A DNA stretch of 55,878 nucleotides, the filler included, from Sluysia triapertura (lineage: Eukaryota), in assembly GCA_046118255.1 (NCBI GenBank). It is 4 parts of 4 records of this genome, joined end to end, with 100 filler letters (N's around TTAATTAATTAA, not from the genome) between each part and the next. Parts side by side here need not be neighbours in the genome. Positions count along the whole stretch, not along the records: positions 43,293 to 55,878 come from JBJNIA010097107.1; 3 more parts are not named here. The stretch is one strand, 5' to 3'. Below, piece by piece: positions 51,980 through 55,878 of this stretch (positions within the stretch are counted from its first letter, which is position 1; each line of letters starts with the position of its first letter). A program made the position numbers and the translations under genes. Below the pieces are notes generated by a model. The model had not been told where the DNA came from and made no database searches. It worked only from the letters and a program-made list of their open reading frames with translations.

Positions 51980-52246
51980 TATGTAGCTCCAGTCAAATAA
52001 ACAACTGCAATATGAAGCTGTCTCATTTACTTGATGATTTACTGTTTTATCACATTTCTCTCATCTTTATTTTCTTTTATGCAATACACACTATATCTCA
52101 ACATCAAATTTTGCATTATTCAATTATTTTCCATCACGTAAACATGGATTCTTTTATCCAAGTGGGAAATCATGGACATGCTCTTTCGAAATGCTCGCAT
52201 TTCTTACAATTATTGTATTATATTCTCATTTAATATATAATTTCCT
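51980..52246 (-). pseudogene. Possible decayed EGF-repeat exon
   Basis: KNPCLRDGK*LN...*CV...EKCD...YCSCLFDWS has EGF-like Cys spacing. It follows a TTCAG acceptor and has many stops. Confidence 0.3.
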
Positions 52247-53402
52247 GAATAAAAAATTTGCGAAAAAAATGTCAACTTCAATTCGTTTTGTGGTGTAAAT
52301 CATGACAGGTTGCCACATAAATTATTGCCTGGAATTTTCTCTTTCAGACGTTTTCTTTATTATTTGGATGGAATTGTTTTTATATCTCATCCTTTTTACA
52401 TCGATTATTATTGATTTCAGTAAATGTGTTTCTAAACTTATAATATATATAGTATTATTTCTAACTAAATTTTACGTGCTATAAATTTTAATTATGACAA
52501 ATGTTTACTTTGCGTAATGGAAAATTATGCAAGCGTTAATTTTCAAGACAGTACGATTACATAGTGACTCATTATTTTACGTACATGACATATGAAACTC
52601 AATAATGATTTCAATGACGTATCTATAACTTCTGATTGTAATGTACTTAATCGATAATAATGAATAATTCAAATATAAATTTCCTTTTAATTTTGAATCA
52701 TGTATAAATCATAAAATTACAAATGAATGTTGCATCAAATATAATGCTTTATTAAATGTTCGAAAAAGATAAATAAAATTCATTAAACATAATATTCTGT
52801 GCTCAATACCCACCTAAAGTGGATCATATTACGATAATGTCTGATAAAGTTATTTTAATTTCGTAGTTTTTGTTTTTAATAACATGTGTTAATTTTATTA
52901 GTTTTTTTATATTTATGGAAGATGGCTTCCCTAAAATTTAGATATCTGAAAAGTGTACGATGACCCATAATGACAACTTTAAATTTAAAAATATAATTAT
53001 TGTAAGGCTTAATAGATCGACTGATTGTGAAAACAGTTGTACAATTTTAGAAGTTAACCACTTGCCCGAGTCTCATTCGGGCATTGAATGTGTCAAAATA
53101 TATCATACTAAAACTACTTCTTGAGTAAATTTATTGTAATTAATTAATTGTATTAATAAATGTAGTCAAATAAAAATAGTGACAATTATTTTACCAATTT
53201 TCTCAAAAATATCTGACAGTTAAGTTGTTAATAATAATTTTTAAAATACTATAGTGGACAATTTTCAAAATAACAAAAATCATTCATTGAAAATTTATTT
53301 TTATTACTATAAAAAAATTTTTTTGTCTCTGTGAGATAAAACATTTCGAAATAATCCCTTCATCAATGTGGATTTATTCATTCAAATTAACAAGTAATTT
53401 AA

Positions 53403-53827
53403 CCCTTTCGCCGCCGCTGGAACCAATTGGTCCCAATCGTGTCTCTGCAAATTTCTCAGATCATGTTACATCTTGTTATAGAGGATTAAATAAAGACAAT
53501 GTTTTGCATAATCGTTTATGCTGTTAAAGTGTGGGCACAAAGTTATTTCAATAATATACCACTATTTTGTGAGAAAAATATTTGAAACAAATAAAACAGA
53601 ACATTCCACACTATATTACACTTTGATAGAGAATACTAAATTGACCAATTTACACATTTTATGCTATTTTATTGAAAATTCATGAAAAATTTAAGATTTT
53701 TTTATTAATTTTGAAATTAACACTAATGCAAGTGGCGCCAGCTTTTTAATGGCTTTTCTCATATATTTCATATAATCTCTCAAATAAATTTATGTTCGCA
53801 AAAATGTGCTCACCGGCGGTTAAAGGG
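53403..53827 (+). mobile_element. piggyBac-type MITE, copy B
   Basis: Intact TTAA duplications; TIR CCCTTT(CG/AA)CCGCCG. Confidence 0.9.
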
Positions 53828-55095
53828 TTAAGGAATAAGCGCGAATAATTGTTAATATTTATCTTAGTGTTGGGTCACTTCTGGTTTCTTTTGGATAGAT
53901 TGTTGTATCCTTAATATTATTATAAACATTATTGTTAATTTTGTGATTTAGTCATTTTTATTATTGTTAAAGCGGAAATATCAATATGCATTTGTAATTA
54001 TTAAATTATTGAGTTATTAATTTGATTTAAAAACGTAAAATTTGGGTTGAATAAATATCGTTATTAAGATATGAAAATTTGTGATAATTTGTATTTGATT
54101 TAGTAATTATTGGAATTTTTGAGATTCATTTAAGTAAATTAAACTGATATTGATTTATTGATGGTTAATATTAATTTCAAAGACGCAACAGTATTACTAC
54201 AATTATTATCAGGTTTATATCGATGAAATTGAAGAATTGTAACAATCTCTTACCGAAACTATTGAAGATTATTGTTAGGCTTACTGAATTAAAACTTTGA
54301 ATTATGCTTAATTGTGAAGTTAAACAATAAACTTATTGAGTAAACTAATATAAATTTAAAAGAAAAAATATTAATCAAAATCACCATTAAATTGTGTGTG
54401 GTATTCTTATTTTTGTCAAACATTAAATATAGTTCATGGTTAATAAAACTAAGTCTTTTAAATTCGTTTAAGTTCAGAAAAAGAAAAAGTTTGAAATTTT
54501 AAAATTAACTGCACTCCATCTCTTACATCAGAGACAAGTAGAGACTTTTACATTCAGAATAATTTTGACAATATTACTTAAGAATAATCCTAAATATTAC
54601 TTACTTACATACAGAACCATTCAATATTAATTTTTAATTAACTTATTCGATTCATTTAAAATTAACATCAGAACTAATTCATTTATTTTGTGGTTCATCA
54701 TTGTTATATTAAATATTTTCATTTTATTCATAGACTAATATTTTATAAATATTTTTATTTCTTAACACAACATTGTTGATTAGTATAACTATATTTTTAA
54801 TAATTGTTTATGAGTATTATAATGACTTGATTATTCTACGATCAAATCATAGTAAGTACAATATTTTGTCGTTAACTATTTAATTTTCTATCTTTACCAT
54901 CAGAAAGAAGTTCTGAAGTAAGTCCAATCTTATAGAGATTAATTATGAGCTTCACAATATATAAAATAATTTGATTGGCACAAATATAACTTTAAAATAT
55001 TATAAAAATAAAAATATCATTTTATTATGCTATTATAAAACAATTAAAAATAAAACTGCACCTCAAATATTATAGTAAAACAATCTACAAAATGT

Positions 55096-55825
55096 TTATT
55101 CTAAGTTTTGATATTTGAAATGTAGTTTCCATGATGAAATTTCACTTTTTATTTTACTGGCTTCTTTAACTGTATTTGGTAATTGATATACTTTTAATGA
55201 CGGTATAAAAATACCAATTAAAATTATCGAAATAATTAGTAGTATACCATAAATAATATTCACTATACCATTTATATATTCTGTATTGTGTAATACAAAA
55301 TAATAACCAACATAACCTCCAACTGCCGATCCAATAATGCCCATTGTGCTAGAAAAATTAAAGATAAAATTTCTTATACTAGTTGGACAGAAAATAATAA
55401 ATAACATAGTTTGTAAATTCCAACATGTAATAAGAAATATTTTCGCTAATATTGATAAAATCATATGACTGTATAAACCGGCATTAGATGATCTAATAAT
55501 CGCACTATAATTAGAAGGACTGATAACATAAATAAAAATCGTTAAAAATCCAGTAAAAACTAAACTGTTTATGACACCAAATTTTTCATTCATCCAGACA
55601 CTTAATGGAGATGAAGGAATTTCTGCTAAACCCATAATTACTGAATTTATATAGATATTGGCCGTAGCAAAAGTTAAATTCGTTGAAATAGCATAATAAA
55701 TTAAATTAAATGAAAATGTAGTTAGAAATAATATAGCAAAACGTTTTAATAAAGTAATTGATTTGAAAAAATTGATTAATTCATTTCGAAAACTATATTC
55801 TTCTAAATTATTATTATTATTATTA

Positions 55826-55878
<53 letters not shown>
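55096..55878 (-). CDS. MFS transporter, SLC22 (organic cation transporter)-like, C-terminal half; 5' partial
   Basis: The frame is open from the window end: poly-N, then LLKRFAILFLTTFSFNLIYYAISTNL..NIYINSVIMGLAEIP..EKFG..CPTSIRN..MGIIGSAVG..FIP. This resembles SLC22 TM7-12 (YYG, NxYxN, VEIP, PTxxR). Confidence 0.8.

Overview
This is very AT-rich animal genomic DNA with (AAT)n microsatellites and five N-gaps; three gaps carry an artificial TTAATTAATTAA linker. No prokaryotic features or CRISPR array are present. The 33-50 nt introns, mollusc-type troponin C and innexin point to a spiralian with a compact genome; the orthonectid Intoshia is my inference, not a verified assignment. Two coding regions look intact: eight in-frame exons (261 codons) of a divergent IP3 receptor-like N-terminus (21478-29521, +) and the 3' half of an SLC22-like MFS transporter running off the window end (55096->55878, -). 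Most of the rest is broken host-gene pieces (TEX2-like exon, kinesin light chain, a Groucho/TLE Q domain fused to an orphan domain, troponin C, innexin, possible FN3 and EGF remnants). These are mixed with mobile elements: pogo/Tigger, hAT, piggyBac MITEs, Gypsy gag with a tRNA-Lys PBS, and a retropepsin remnant. Three things stand out. (i) A repeated multi-gene module sits behind an LTR/PBS-like end and carries CCCH, RING and orphan genes plus a conserved 16-bp palindrome, suggesting a cargo-carrying LTR element. (ii) A hairpin displaying ACTTACC (GGTAAGT on the other strand) recurs at three loci with different stems, and one copy has spliced-leader-RNA-like architecture. (iii) tRNA-derived units have TG...CA inverted termini and a leader that begins like the neighbouring Gypsy LTR end. 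All protein identities were recognised by eye from remembered family motifs; no searches were run.
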